Source: the human T2T-CHM13v2.0 reference genome, Homo sapiens
Reading direction: 5' to 3' (one strand)
DNA length: 64,000 nt
Assembly: GCF_009914755.1 (NCBI RefSeq)
Contig: NC_060944.1
Shown here: positions 1 to 17,260 of the stretch, piece after piece
Position numbering within the stretch: position 1 is the first letter of the stretch
Layout of the letters: the number at the start of each line of letters is the position of its first letter
Program-made: the position numbers and the translations under genes
The notes under the pieces: generated by a model
Told to the model about the DNA's origin: nothing
Databases searched by the model: none
What the model saw: only the letters and a program-made list of their open reading frames with translations

Positions 1-420
<420 letters not shown>

Positions 421-864
421 GAGTACCACTGGGGAGGAGTGAATCATCAGTTCTGTTCGGTGCAGCTGGAAAATTGGGTATTTAGTGAGTTGGGGGAGGG
501 GAGGGAAGTCAGGCTGGCCAGAGAGAAAGCTAAAATGTCAAGGCCCAGATATTGGACGGTTTAGGCTGAGAGCTTGAAACTGGACAGCATAGGCAGTGGG
601 AGCCATCAGATGCTTCCCTCCAAGGGAAATACAGGATCAAACTTGGTTTAAGAGTGAAAACTCCACCAGCGTTGTGGATGGCTGGTTGGAAGGTAAGCGG
701 TGGAGGCAAGGAAACCACTTTGGGAACTGCTGCATTCAATATTCTTGTCTTGACAACAGCTCAGATTAGCATAGCAAAGGCTCAGTTAACTCCTGCAGTC
801 AAGTGCTGTCTGGGCAGGCAGTTATGGGCAGTGGTCGAGTGTGTAGGCTTCACTGATTGTCCTC

Positions 865-1184
865 TTTTTTTTTTTTTTTTTTCCCCTTGAGACAAGATCT
901 CACTCTGTTGCCCAGGCTAGAGTGCAGTGATCTGTGATCGTGCAGTGGTGCAATGACAGTTCACTGCAGCCTCAACCTCCTGGGCTTAGGCGATCCTCCC
1001 ACCTCAGCCTCCTGAGTTGCTGGGACTGCAGGTGGGAGACACCACACCCAGCTAATTTTTTAATGTTTTGAGATGAAGTCTCACTGTGTTGTCCAGGCTA
1101 CTCTCAAACTCCTGGGCTCAAGCCATCCTTCCATCTTGGCCTCCCAAAGTGCTGGGATTCAGGCATGAACCACTGTACCTGACC
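865..1184 (-). mobile_element. AluJ
   Basis: Poly-T followed by a diverged antisense Alu dimer. Confidence 0.9.
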
Positions 1185-1224
1185 CCTTGTAATTCTTGCA
1201 AGAAAAAGGAAAAAAAATAAAAAA

Positions 1225-1450
1225 GAGCATGGGCTTCAGTGTCAAAGCCAATCTGGATTTGAATCCCACCCCTATTGCTTACTGGACATTGGGCAATTAC
1301 TTAACCCTATGGAGCTTAGTTTGCCCTTCTATAAAATAGGGATTAATAGTACTTTTCTCATAGGCTTGCTGTGAAGATTACATGAGATAGTATGAGTAGC
1401 TAAAACACATAGCTTAGCTCTAGGAATGCAGTGAGTGTTCAGTAAAAGTT
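1225..1450 (+). mobile_element. MIR
   Basis: ctggatttgaatccc...gggcaattacttaacc...ctataaaatagggattaatag. Confidence 0.7.
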
Positions 1451-1476
1451 GATAATTGTGATAAAATATATTACTA

Positions 1477-1595
1477 GCTGGGCATGGTGGTAGCTATAAT
1501 CCTGGCTGCTTAGGGAGGCTGAGGCGGGAGGATTGTTTGAACCCAGGAGTTTGAGACCAGCCTAGGGAGCATACTGAGACCCTATCTCAAAAAAG
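1477..1595 (+). mobile_element. Alu monomer (FLAM-like)
   Basis: Single Alu arm with an A tail. Confidence 0.75.
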
Positions 1596-1919
1596 ATAAA
1601 CTAAAAAATAAATATATTATGTATATGACTATAGAAGACTTTTTTCATGTAACTCCTATTAACATCCTCTGGCGCTACTAGTGTTCTACCAAAAACATCC
1701 TGCTTTCAGACTTCCTGGAGAAGCAGCAGCACTTTCTGCTCCAAGAAATAGTAAGGAGAGTTGCCAGGTTCTGACACAGTGGTTCTTGGGTGCACATGAG
1801 ACCCACCTGGGGAGCTTTTAAAAACGTCAATTTCTGGCTGCGTTCCAGACCAATTAAACTAGAATCTGTCGAGGTGGGACCCAGAGAGCAGTATTTAAAA
1901 AAAAAAATTGTGATGATTT

Positions 1920-3384
<1,465 letters not shown>

Positions 3385-3799
3385 CTATCAGCCAGTGGAG
3401 GGAGAATGTTCACATGTGTCAAACCTGACAGCCTGCCTCTCATTCCTATGTGCTTTATTTGGAGCAAATGGCTCCACCAGAAGTGATCTGGAAGCTAAGG
3501 GGGAAGCACTATGAAGCTCTGGAAAGATGCCACAGCAGGACTTTCATCTCTTTTTATAATTTAAGACCTGAATGAGAAGGGAAGATATGAGAAGTGACTA
3601 GTGGGCTATATACACATTGTCAGAGAAGAAGAGCTGGTCTTTGTGACATATTTTTTTGCCCCAAAGGCTGCCTAGACCCTGGCACTTGGAAGGTGCTAAA
3701 AAATGGTCATTGAAATAAACATATTAGAACTATCCCTAGTGAGAGACACCACCCAAAGAGGTGCAGAGGAAGGTACTGGTGAGAATTTAGTGGAATTGA

Positions 3800-4690
3800 T
3801 GCTTTGGGTTCTTTTCTTTGTAATTTCTATGTTGCTGCTGAGATTTCCTATCTGTTCTTTTATTACAAGCATAATTTCCTTTACATTCTTGAGCAAAGTT
3901 ATAACTGCTTTAACAATCTTTATTATTTCCAACACCTGGGTCACCTTGAGATTGGTCTCCATTGATTGCCTTTTCTCTTGAGTTTGAGTCACATTTTCCT
4001 GTTTGTTTGTTTTTAATTTGCCTAGTAATTTTGGATTACATCCTAAATGTTGTGAATGAGACCTGAAGAGACTCTGAATTCTATTCCTCAGAAATATATA
4101 TATATATTAATATATATAATATATATTATATTTACATTATATATAATTTATAATATAAATATAATATATATATTTTTTTAATCAGGCAATTAACTTGACC
4201 AAACTCAAACTCCAAACTCAGTCTTTCTTGGGTGGACAACATCTGAAATCTTTGCTGAATTCATTTAGCTTTAGTTGAACTACTTGAAGTCTGCCTTGTA
4301 TGTACATCATTCAGTGAGATTTGGGCACTGTTTATACTCAGAATTTGGGGCTACTGTTCTGTGATTCTTTTCTGGGATATTTCTCCTTATTTTCCAGCTG
4401 TGGTTACCTGAACTCTGTCTTTAAACTCCTCAAATAGTAAGAGAGTAGTTTTCTATCCAAGTTTTAGCTAGTAAGTACAGCACTGACTGGGCGCTTCCCG
4501 CAAATAAAAAGCCATTAAAAACACGAAAGTTATCTAGTGCCATTTCTTTCCTTCAGGTGTTGCCTCCTCTCCAGTTTCTACTTGCTTGTAGTTGAACACA
4601 TTTAGTGCCTTCCAATCTTTTTTTTTTTTTTTTTTTTTTCTGTCTAGAGTTCGTAATAGTTTTGTGTGGGAAGTTTGGTCCAGAAAGAGC
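3800..4690 (-). mobile_element. Old L1 ORF1/5' fragment containing an AT-rich low-complexity run (about 4093-4180)
   Basis: Minus-strand ORF 3696-3992 resembles the L1 ORF1 coiled coil (LKNVKEIMLVIKEQIGNLSSNIEITKK). Confidence 0.6.
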
Positions 4691-4989
4691 TACTTTGCCC
4701 TTACTAGAAGCAGGACCTCTCTGATCAATAGCTTTGTTCATTTAGGGATCCTTAGACCCACCCTACTTTATTGCCTACCTCATATAGATGGCAATAAATA
4801 TTTGTTTATTGGCTAAATAAATAGGATTTAAATTAAAAATGGAAGTGAATTTTCAGAGAAAATTGCCAGAAGAAAACCCTGAAACTAGTAGTTACTTATT
4901 GTTGGCATCAAGTATGAAACAGAGTGTTCAGGAATTTGCTGAGTAGAAGGATGGGTGTGGTAGTAGAGCTCCAGACATTTGAGTGTAGA

Positions 4990-5950
<961 letters not shown>

Positions 5951-6772
5951 TTACTCTGCATAGATTTCATTTATTTTCCTTCAAGGACTCCTCTTACCGT
6001 CATGCCTCCGTGGCTCATCTTTCCTGTCTGACATTTTTTTTTTTATTTTTAAGGAGAGGGGATATTAAAAATACTTAACTAATGGCATAGAGACTGACCA
6101 ATCAAAACAGATGCCAGACTAATCAGAAGAGATGCTAACCACACACAACTGGAACATCAGCCCTAGTTACGAGTTCCCTAACCTCTCCGAGTCCCAGTTT
6201 TCTCCTCTCTGAAATGGGAACAATATCTACATTGCAGAGTTGGTGCAGTGATTCCCAGAAAGGTTACATGCAAAGAACTTGGCAGGTGGAAGGTATGCTG
6301 GACACAGAAGCTGCCATGATTACCTGGCATTCTTTGTTTCTAGGTTCATTTCATGTATCTAGTTTATAGGTTCTGCAATGTTAGCCTTTAGTTTCATTAA
6401 GCATGTTTTACTCTATACTGACTTCAGCAAGTATTTGTTCTATTACCAGTTGGTCTCTCTGGTTTTTTGGCCAAAATGTCCCCATCTCCCTGGTCACGAA
6501 TACTGTGGATTTTCTGAAATCTTCTTGAAATTCATGAGAAAGATCTGTTAAAGATGGTTATGGTTCCTTTAGAGATTTTCCCAGTTCCTTCTTCTCCTTC
6601 TGCTTTTTATGGGTGTAGCCTTTGGAGTTAGGCAGACCTGGGTTCAAATGTCAGTTCCATCCCGCACTGGCTATGCACTTAATTGGAATCTGCTCTCTGC
6701 GTTGCCCTCTGTCTTCCTCTTCTCATTCTTTTGTCCCCCAGGGTAGGACTTTTTCCTTCAAGTTCAATTCTA

Positions 6773-7117
<345 letters not shown>

Positions 7118-7459
7118 CTATCCCAACTACTTCCTAACTGGCTAAGAATATCCCTGGCTAAAGGGGAGGAGATAGCTTGTTAGGGATATTTGAGGTTTCT
7201 GAAATGGAGAGAGTGGTCTTATAAGGCAGCAAATTGTGTTCCCCTTCCTCTTATGCTGGTAATGGTGTGGAGCCCAAGATGCTTCAAATGGACAAGACAG
7301 TGATCCCCAGACCTGGATGAGGAAGGGTGTCAGTGGCGACAGTGCCTTGGTCCTTTTCCATTCCTGAATGGACCCTATCCAATTACCAACAGCATGCTGT
7401 CTCCCCACATTCCAGGGCCAGCCTTGGGAGGGGGAAGTAGGAACTAGAAAAAAACTGTA

Positions 7460-7857
7460 AAAGAGCCGCAAGTGCTTTAGAAGATCTTCCTGGTAAAATG
7501 CAAGAAGATATCAGAAAATCCATTGTATTAGTGATCAGGGAGATAAGGGGACATTTTGGTTAACAAACCAGATAGACCAATTTGTAATAGAACAAGTACT
7601 TGCTAACGTCCATATGGAGTAAAATAGGGACTGCCCTCCTCTGCTTGAGTTCCTAGAGTCTGGATCTAGTCACCTTATCAGGGTGGAGTACAGTTCTTCC
7701 TTTGCTCCCTAGGATGGGTTATTGGAAACATTCCTATGTGAACCTGAGATTTCCTTGATGCTTATCTACCATGGATGCCACAGTGAGTTGTTGCTGTTGT
7801 TTGGATGATATTCTGGGATTTGAAGGGCCTTTCCACTCATACCTGATAACTTCCTAG
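7460..7857 (+). mobile_element. Putative ancient Gypsy-type LTR retrotransposon RT fragment
   Basis: Collinear degenerate motifs SIVLV (7519), SLDL (7657), SFAP*DGLLE (7698) and CLDDILGF (7798-7821), with frameshifts. Confidence 0.4.
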
Positions 7858-9053
7858 ATCCTTGGCCTCCCAAAGTGCTGGGATTACAGGCATAAAGTAC
7901 CATGCCCAGCCAAGGATTTTAATCAGTGGATACAAAGGCAACTACTGGATGATGTAGAACAGAATTGCGTACTCAGTGTGCATGCAGCCACTTCCCACCT
8001 CTTCAGCCATGGCAGGCTTTGCTAATTGATCACAACACACGTTCTCCCTGTTATCACACATGGCTTCGTAATCCCTCTCCTCACAGTGCACCAAGTAGCC
8101 ACCACCAACCTAAGTGGTGGCACAAGAGAGGAAAGTTTGGTCATGAGTGTTGTGCTGGGAGAGAAAGGCAGGGATTAGAGGCCACCCCCAGCCTACCCGA
8201 TGTGAAGGGCCATCCCCAATTTAATAACTGTGTAACCCAGGAGTGTGTTCGGTAGCCACAGGTGGCCTCCTTTGGAAAATGATCCCTCCAGCTGCAAAGG
8301 GAGTTTTTATCTCCCTGTGAAGGGAGGGGGTGGACCACACTCCCTCAAGCCTGGAGAAACTGTTTGTAATTTGACTCCCGTTTCCCCAAGCTTAGCTATT
8401 ACATAAGCTTCTTTAGAAGACAGGCTGTTTGGTTTAGCACCGTGACTGTGACTGACTAATGCGTTTGTAGACATCATGTTAGCTTTGTGTGTGCCCCTGT
8501 CCTTGGCACCCTTGTTCCTGTCCCCTACGGCCTTCTCCACACTGCTGTACTTACCCAAAAGTGTGTGGGCTTCCCTGGGTTCAAGTTCTTGCAGGGGAAG
8601 CTCAGCATGGAAGACCAGTGTGTTCATGGGTATTCCTTTACCTGTTTGAGCTGTGGCCTCCTTTGAAGTTTTCTTGGAGCTGAGCCTGAGAGAGCGGCTT
8701 CACCCTGACAGGCAGAACCAATCCAAATCATCAATCAGTACCTGCTTAAAATGGGCCTTGCAAGTTGTGTAGCCTGGTGGTTACCAAATGCTGGGTGCAG
8801 ATATGCATGATAGAGTGCTTAGTCCCAATACGATGCCAGACCCTGCAGGCCAGGATTGGGGCTCATGGGCCTTCATGGGGCCATTCCCGTCTACCACCCA
8901 CCATAGACCTCTAAAGGCCATGGAGTTCCTGGTAGTGGGGACTCCAGCATCATGCCATGGCTGGACTTTGTTGAATTATCACTGTTAGACAGTTTATCCT
9001 CATGCCAGGCTGATCCTAGTTGTTCTTTTTAAAAAATTATTCATGTATTTATT

Positions 9054-9306
<253 letters not shown>

Positions 9307-10549
9307 TAAGCCTCACTCTGCCCTCCAGAGGCCTGGAACAAAGCCGATCCTTTTTTGTTGCCTTTTGTTAACACCTGGTCTGCTCCCAATATGGCCCAGC
9401 CAGTTCAGACAGAGGTCAGTAGGTCTGTTATTGTTCCACTGCTGGACATGATGACATGATTCTTTTCCTGGGAAAGCTCAAGATGCATGAGTTGTTTCAT
9501 CACTCTTTGTTCTTGTTAAATGTGTGGTTTTTGAATCCTGCCTCCTCTACCTTCAGCCTCCCCAACACACACAAAGTCCTGCTAAATGGGGTTATAGTCA
9601 ATGGGCTTCAGGGGACAGTGACAAGTCAGAGATCTGAATGAAGGAGCACAGCTGGGAGAATTGGAGTTACGGAGCTGACCTGTGGGGATCTGAGTTTCAC
9701 GACTGATTTAAAACCAGGAGATCTGTCTATGATGGCAATGCCCAAAGTCTAGAAGGTTCATCCTAGCAGGAGTAGGACAGTCAGTCCACAAAAATCCCAT
9801 GGGAATGAGATTAGGGGAGACAACATTGATTTCTAATTCAGGTATTTGGAGCACCAAGGGCCCCAGAAGTCTCTTTGCTCATGAGTTAAAGCATCTTTAT
9901 GCTGGAAAAAAAAATGACGCTATTATTCAAAGAAGTGTGTTGTGGGAGGGCGGGGGTGTACATCCTTTAGGAGAGAAAGTAGGTCCCGAGTGAGATCCCA
10001 GGAGTAGGAAAGCCAGCACTGTTTGTTTTGTTTTCTTCTTTCCCTCATGCTCAATGGTACAGGAAACACAAGGAGAAAAGGACCCATCGCCTTCCTCCAG
10101 GCTGCTGCCAATATTGTGTAGAGAAGAATAGCTGAAGAACATGAAAACAAATCTTCACATTTCCTTTTAACAGTGTGAACTTTGAAACACTTTCTGACTC
10201 ATATTTTAAAATCTCTTAAATTTGAATTCACCTTCCTTCATGTTGTTTTTCTCGAGGCACTAGGCTTGAGTCCAAAAATGTGTCAACCGACTGCTCCCCC
10301 AGAATTAAGCAGTCACAAAGCCTGGGCCCGCTTCTCCCAGCTGAGTGGGCAGGGAAACCTGGCTTTGACCTTCCTACCCTTCCTCAAAGCTGGGCCTCAC
10401 CTCAGGCCTGAAGAGCCAAGAAATAACCATTGTAAGGGGAAGAGGAGGTATTTGGTAATATGCCTCAGCAAGAGGCCATTCATTTTGCTACAAGCAGCAG
10501 TTGCCTCTGGGGTCCCTATTTCTGCACCCCTAAAAACATCATTGCTGTC

Positions 10550-10880
10550 TCTTAAGGTGCTTTTGGCCACAGGTAGCAACATCCAATTCAACTGGCTCAA
10601 ATAATAAAGGGGCTTTTGTTGGCTTGGATAACTGAAGTCCTGAGACCCCTTAGTTAAAGGACCCTGTTTCCCTCTGGTGACCGCCAAGCATTGGTTTCAT
10701 CCAAAAGCCAGCTTCCTGCAGGGATGGTGGCAACAAGGCTTCCAGGAGCAACTGTGTGTTGTGCTTCCAGTTCACAGATTGTGAGAAGAGAGAGCTTCTG
10801 ATTGGGCCAACTCAGGACACGTGCCTAGCCTCAACCACTCACTGTGCTGGGCTCAGGCCGCTGCTGACAGGCTCTGGCCC
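10550..10880 (-). mobile_element. Old MaLR/ERVL LTR fragment (MLT1-like)
   Basis: aacatccaattcaactggctcaaataataaagggg...ttggcttggataactgaagtcc motif. Confidence 0.45.
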
Positions 10881-11623
10881 ATCAGGACCCAGCACTGAGT
10901 AATAATGTGGGAATACACAGATCACCACCAAACCAGTGCCTCTGTAGTTTTCCCAGAGGTATATTTATTCCCCCAAATAACACTCTTGTAATAGTCTTCT
11001 TTCTTTTTTGAAGGTGGAGAGTGTGAGGAGTTCTGTAGTACATCCTGCCTACTCCCCTGCCATATTTTGGGCGATGCTATTATTCAAAGAAGTGTGTTGT
11101 GGGAAGGCGGGGGTGTACCCTGCCATACTTTCTTGCCTTTCCCTTAAAGGGTCAGCCCTCTGGAGCTGAGTCTCTGCTTCCCCAGATATGCACTGACTCT
11201 GTCTCTCCCTTTGGGGTCAACAAGAGGAATGGAGTTCGGACTTTGTCAGACAAGAGGGGCTGAGTTAAGGCTCTAGGGGAAGAGGTGAACACACCTCAGT
11301 GGCCTGTTCCTGCTTCCCCAAGGGTCAAGTGCCTTGGCCTCAGACTTCCTGCTGGCCACAGTCAAACTATTTTGGTTCATCCACCCAGATGTTAGAAAAA
11401 TTAAGTACCCTACCCTATTTCCCCTTGCTTCTGATTTCTCTTCTCATATCACAGATACTTCCTGGATGACCTCACCCTACCTGGCCTCCACAGATCCCTG
11501 CCACAGATATCTTGCCAGTTCTGGACACTCTGTTGACTTGTGGGCCCATGTATCCCATTCTCTGCAGGATGTTCCGTCTGGATTTTCCGATGCTGGGCTT
11601 GCTATGTCTCCATGGAGCTGGTT

Positions 11624-11866
11624 TTCCTCCAAATGAGGTCTTCCTTGGGGATCCCCTTTAAGTCTTGATGATAACCATTGCTCTCCCAGGTCCTGGCAGT
11701 TTGTGCTGTGTTCCCATCACCCTCTGGGGCTTTCTCTGGAAGTGTGGATAGGTGAGCCCAGGTCTTACAAGGAGGACAGTCTGCAGCCTATTGGAGCCAT
11801 GGCTGCCGTGGGCTGCCCCAGCACCCAGGCCAGTGCCCTGTCTTGGGGCCACCCCGCTGCTGTGTT
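11624..11866 (+). repeat. Local duplication, copy 1
   Basis: High similarity to 13312-13517. Confidence 0.9.
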
Positions 11867-13311
11867 TGCAGCACCATGGCAGTTCTTTAATTAGACCAAG
11901 CAGGGATTTCTCAGACGGGGGTGGGAGGAGGTGTGCGGGTCTATTGGGGGAAACTAGGTCACCTGAAAACCAGTAATCAAGAGGGAGCTGTCCTCGAGCC
12001 CCAGCTCCAAGGAACCCAGAGGGGCAAGGTGGGAGGGGCTCGCGGGGAGGGCCAAGTCAGAGAAAATATGCCTCTGGCCCCTTTTACTGGCCCTTGGGAG
12101 ACATTGTTCTCACCTTTCTCCAGGGAGCTGGGCAACTGCCCTTAATTCCTTTGCTGGGAGTAGGGAGGACACTGCAGTGGTGCCTTCTGTCTGCCTGGGG
12201 CCTGCCACCCTGGGGCCCATGGAGGGAGCACTGTGCTGTGAGTCAGGCCCCAGGTTTAGTTACTGCTCAGCCTCTGTATCCTTGGAGCAGGTCACCCACT
12301 CCCATGTGTCTGTGCCATCCATCCACTGCACAGGGACTGTGTCTGCCTTTACCCTGCTGCCTCTCTAGCCCTGAGCACAGGCCTGGCATGTGGTAGATGC
12401 CACCTAAATATTTGTCAAACAAAATAATGAGTTTATATGAGTGCTTCTCTTGTAAGATTATTGCCACGAAGATCAATGGCAAGATGGGTTTCCCAAATAT
12501 CAGTCACTTATAAGTTTTGCCAACACTAAACGCCATTGTCATTAAATTTTTCTTTACTATCAACTTCCTATTTCCAACTGAAATAGATTTGTTTAAAAAG
12601 GAAATTTTATATCACAACCATAAACAAACAGTAACTGTGAAAACAAATCCACAGGAAACAAAACAATGTTATTACATTCTATCCTAGATACAGTGGCTTG
12701 CCCAGGCCAGGAGCTGAGGCCTGCTTTCTCTTTGTTTTGAAGGAGGATTGGCATAGTTATAAAGATGTTAAGGGTCTGTTAGCATTGGACTGACACTTTT
12801 CTCTGGAGAAAGTCTGAAAGATTAAAAGAGAAGTGAAAAGCCTATATACCCTGCTCTCTGTGTGGGTCCATGTTACGTCAAGGCTTGTTCCTGTACTTTT
12901 GAAAATTTCCTTGGAATGGATTCTCCTTCCACACTTAGGGAAGCACTTGGCTGAGATGATGGCTGGGGAAGTTCTTTGAAAGGGATAAAGTGCTGTAACA
13001 GCGCAAGTGATTGGTACCATTACTCTTTACTTTTAGCATGTTTTTGGTACCTTCCACTCAGAGGTGATCAGTCATAATAATGAAGAAATGAGTAACTGTG
13101 TTCAGGATCTTAGGGCTGAAAGACATCTCACAGAATACTTAGGCCAATCTGACACGGGTGGACATTTTATCCTCCAGTGAGTGACGAGGAACTTGCCACC
13201 TCCTGAGACAGCCATTGACCACGAGCACCTTTGTCGAATTGCTTGTTGGACAGCTCTAGAGGCCGGTGTCTGTTCTTGGGGTGCACACAGCTGCTTCCTT
13301 GTACTTCCTTG

Positions 13312-13517
13312 TTCCTCCAAATGAGGTCTTCCTTGGGGGTCCCCTTTAAGGGTTGATGATAACCATTGCTCTCCCAGATCCTGGCATTGGGCTGTGTTCC
13401 CATCACCCTCTGGGTCTCACGAGGAGGCCAGTCTGCAGCCCATTGGAACCTGGCTGCCGTGGGCTGCCCCAGCACCCAGGCCAGTGCCCTGTCTTGGGGC
13501 CGCCTAGCTGCTGTGTT
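13312..13517 (+). repeat. Local duplication, copy 2 (lacks about 33 bp of copy 1)
   Basis: High similarity to 11624-11866. Confidence 0.9.
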
Positions 13518-14234
13518 CACCCTGCTGTGTGTTGGGGAGACTCACAGGCTCTCTTTCCTTTCTTGTTCAGAGTGGAGCTCTGGTTATTTGGAAACTGCTG
13601 TCTCATTCTGCCTAAGACAGAGCTTGCAAACTCAAATGACATTGGAGCTGGCAAATGATGTCAGTTAGTGAGGGCAGTCAGGCGGGAGTAATGGGGAGCA
13701 TTGGGGACTATGGTAATGGAGAGCGTATGTGCCCTATCTAAAGGGGACAGCCCGACTCTACACCAGTTGATGGTGATGCCGTGTGAGCCCACTGTGGCCC
13801 CATACCAAGATGTTCTAAGAAAAGCAGACCCCCCGATGTTGGATATAAAATCTCCAAGTTGTAAATGTCAGCAATGAATTAAAATATTTTAAAACATGGT
13901 GTGGACTTCGACCAAACTAACCAACAAACACGATGTGGATCACAGGAGGCTTTCTGGTCAGGCCTGGCCCACAGCCACAAGTGGCTCATCACTGCCAACA
14001 AGACTTCTCTGCTCCTTTTGGGCTGGGCAGCCACGTCCTCTTCGGGCCATGCTTGTGCATGTTGGTTTCCAGAGTTCCCTCCATTGTGGTCAGCCACTCT
14101 GTACACCTTTGAGCGCTGCCTAACTCCCTCTCAGCTCGTGTCTGCTCCTTTCAACTGGTGAAATCCTACTTCTGCACTGAGATTCAAATCTGTTGTCCTG
14201 TATTCTGGAAAGCCTTCCTTGAGAACCCCGGGCA

Positions 14235-14385
14235 GACTGGCTCTTCCACTATCTAGCGGTGGTATGTTGGGTAAATGACTTAATCACTCTGTGCCTTAGT
14301 TTCCTCATCTGGAAAATGGGCATGATAGTACCTAGTACTACTATTTTATTAGGTTACTGGGATAATTAAATGGATTTATGAGATA
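14235..14385 (+). mobile_element. MIR
   Basis: tgacttaatcactctgtgccttagtttcctcatctggaaaatggg core. Confidence 0.75.
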
Positions 14386-14614
14386 AATTGACAGACAGAA
14401 GGCAGAGGTGGTCCGCATCCGTCTCTGAATCAGGGCTCGTCACAGAGCAGGACTTCATTAAATGTTTACTCACTCGAGGAAGTGGAGTGAAATAAACTTG
14501 TGATCTGCTAGCTCCCAGAGAGGTCTGACTATAATAATGATATTGTGTGGTTGTGAATTGAACTCTTTTGAACTCCTTACTTCTAAAAAAGCAACCAAAA
14601 CATCTATATCTAAG

Positions 14615-15712
<1,098 letters not shown>

Positions 15713-16287
15713 TTGAAAGTGCATTGCAAGTGTATTCAAAACAGAAATCAAAACAAAACAAACAAAAGGCAACCAAAACCAGCTAGCTTGTCTCCCATTG
15801 AGCCTTGCCATTGGCTTATTTATGCTGGAGGTCACACCCACTCAGACCCTGGAACTTTTGCCCTTTGGGCATTGCCAAGCCAACCCCTTCCCCATTCTGC
15901 CTGCTTACTCTCCAGTCTCCGAGCTGGGAGAGACATGAAGAACGATCTGGATCTGACCCAATCTGAGCACCTGAGGATTTAGCCTGAGCCCTGCTCTTCA
16001 GCTTCTGTAGAAAGGGCTTTTGGAGGGGCGGGTGACGCAGGCGACCCAGGAGATTAACAACGCTTCCTGAAACCAACCAGGGGCTAACCCAATACTCTTT
16101 GAGACAGTGGACCACATCACACAGATGTAGACTCCTGCCATTCTTTCCTGTTACCCAACAACCATAAACCAGCCTTGCCTGCTGGTTCACAAACATGCTG
16201 CATTTACATCTCCCTACCATTCCTCCTCCAAGCTTGTGTCTCATTGTTTAGTGTCTTAATGTTTAGGGCCAGCTCTTTTTTAAAAAA

Positions 16288-16425
16288 TTATTTTATTTTT
16301 TTGTAGAGATAAGGGTCTCGCTATGTTCCCCAGGCTGGTCTGGAACTCCTGGCCTCAAGCTGTCGTCCCACCCTGGACTCCCAAAATGTTGAGATTGCAG
16401 GCATTGAGCCAGTGCATCCAGCCCC
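16288..16425 (-). mobile_element. Alu monomer (FLAM-like)
   Basis: Single antisense left arm. Confidence 0.8.
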
Positions 16426-16699
16426 AGCTCTTTTTATTCCTTGCACCTGTAACTTCTGGGAGGTGGATAGGACACTTTGCAGGTGGAGGAACAGGCTTAG
16501 AGAGGATCAAGTGATTGTCCTAAGACCCTTTCCCTCTGTGTCTGAAAGTTCATAGAGTCCGTGCTGAAGACCAGCTGGCTTTAGACTTTGAAATTTTGTT
16601 GACCTCATGTTATTTGAAACTCATGAGAGCAAGGATGTAATTTTTTTTTAAAGGTCATCCAAAGAGAGAAACTTTAACTAAGATTTTCTATGTCCCAGT

Positions 16700-17260
16700 A
16701 GTTCAGCAGTTTTTAAACTTTTTTGTCTTAGGATTTCTTTAGTTCCTTAAATTGAGCATCCCAAAGAGCTTTTGTTTATGTGGATTATATCTGTCAATAT
16801 TTATCATAATATAAATGAATATTGAGGAATTTTTAAGAATAGCATTAATTCCTTTAAGATAAAACCATAAACCCATGATATATTATAACAATATAATAAT
16901 CTATAACATATTTTTATTAGACTGTTATAAAAGCATAACATATAATATATAACATTTTGATGAAAAATAGCTATTTTTCAAAACAAAAAAAATTTAGTGA
17001 GAAAAGTGATGTTTAAAAATTTTGCAAAATTCTTTATGTTGAGCTTAGCAGCTGGATTCTTGTATCTACTTCTGCATTTAGTTTGTTGCAATGTCACTTT
17101 TCATATAGCTTTGGGAACCACTGTATACTCATAAGATAATGAGTAGAAAAGGTTAGTAATATCTTAGTATAGTTATGAAAATAGTTTTGACCTATGGACT
17201 TCTTGAAATGGTTTCAGGAATTCCCTATGGGGTTCCCAGACCACACTTTGAGAAGCACTG
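16700..17260. mobile_element. hAT-Charlie non-autonomous element (MER119-like)
   Basis: cagcagtttttaaact...cccaaagagcttttgtttatgtgg start and ccacactttgagaagcactg end; related to 25170-27016. Confidence 0.7.
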
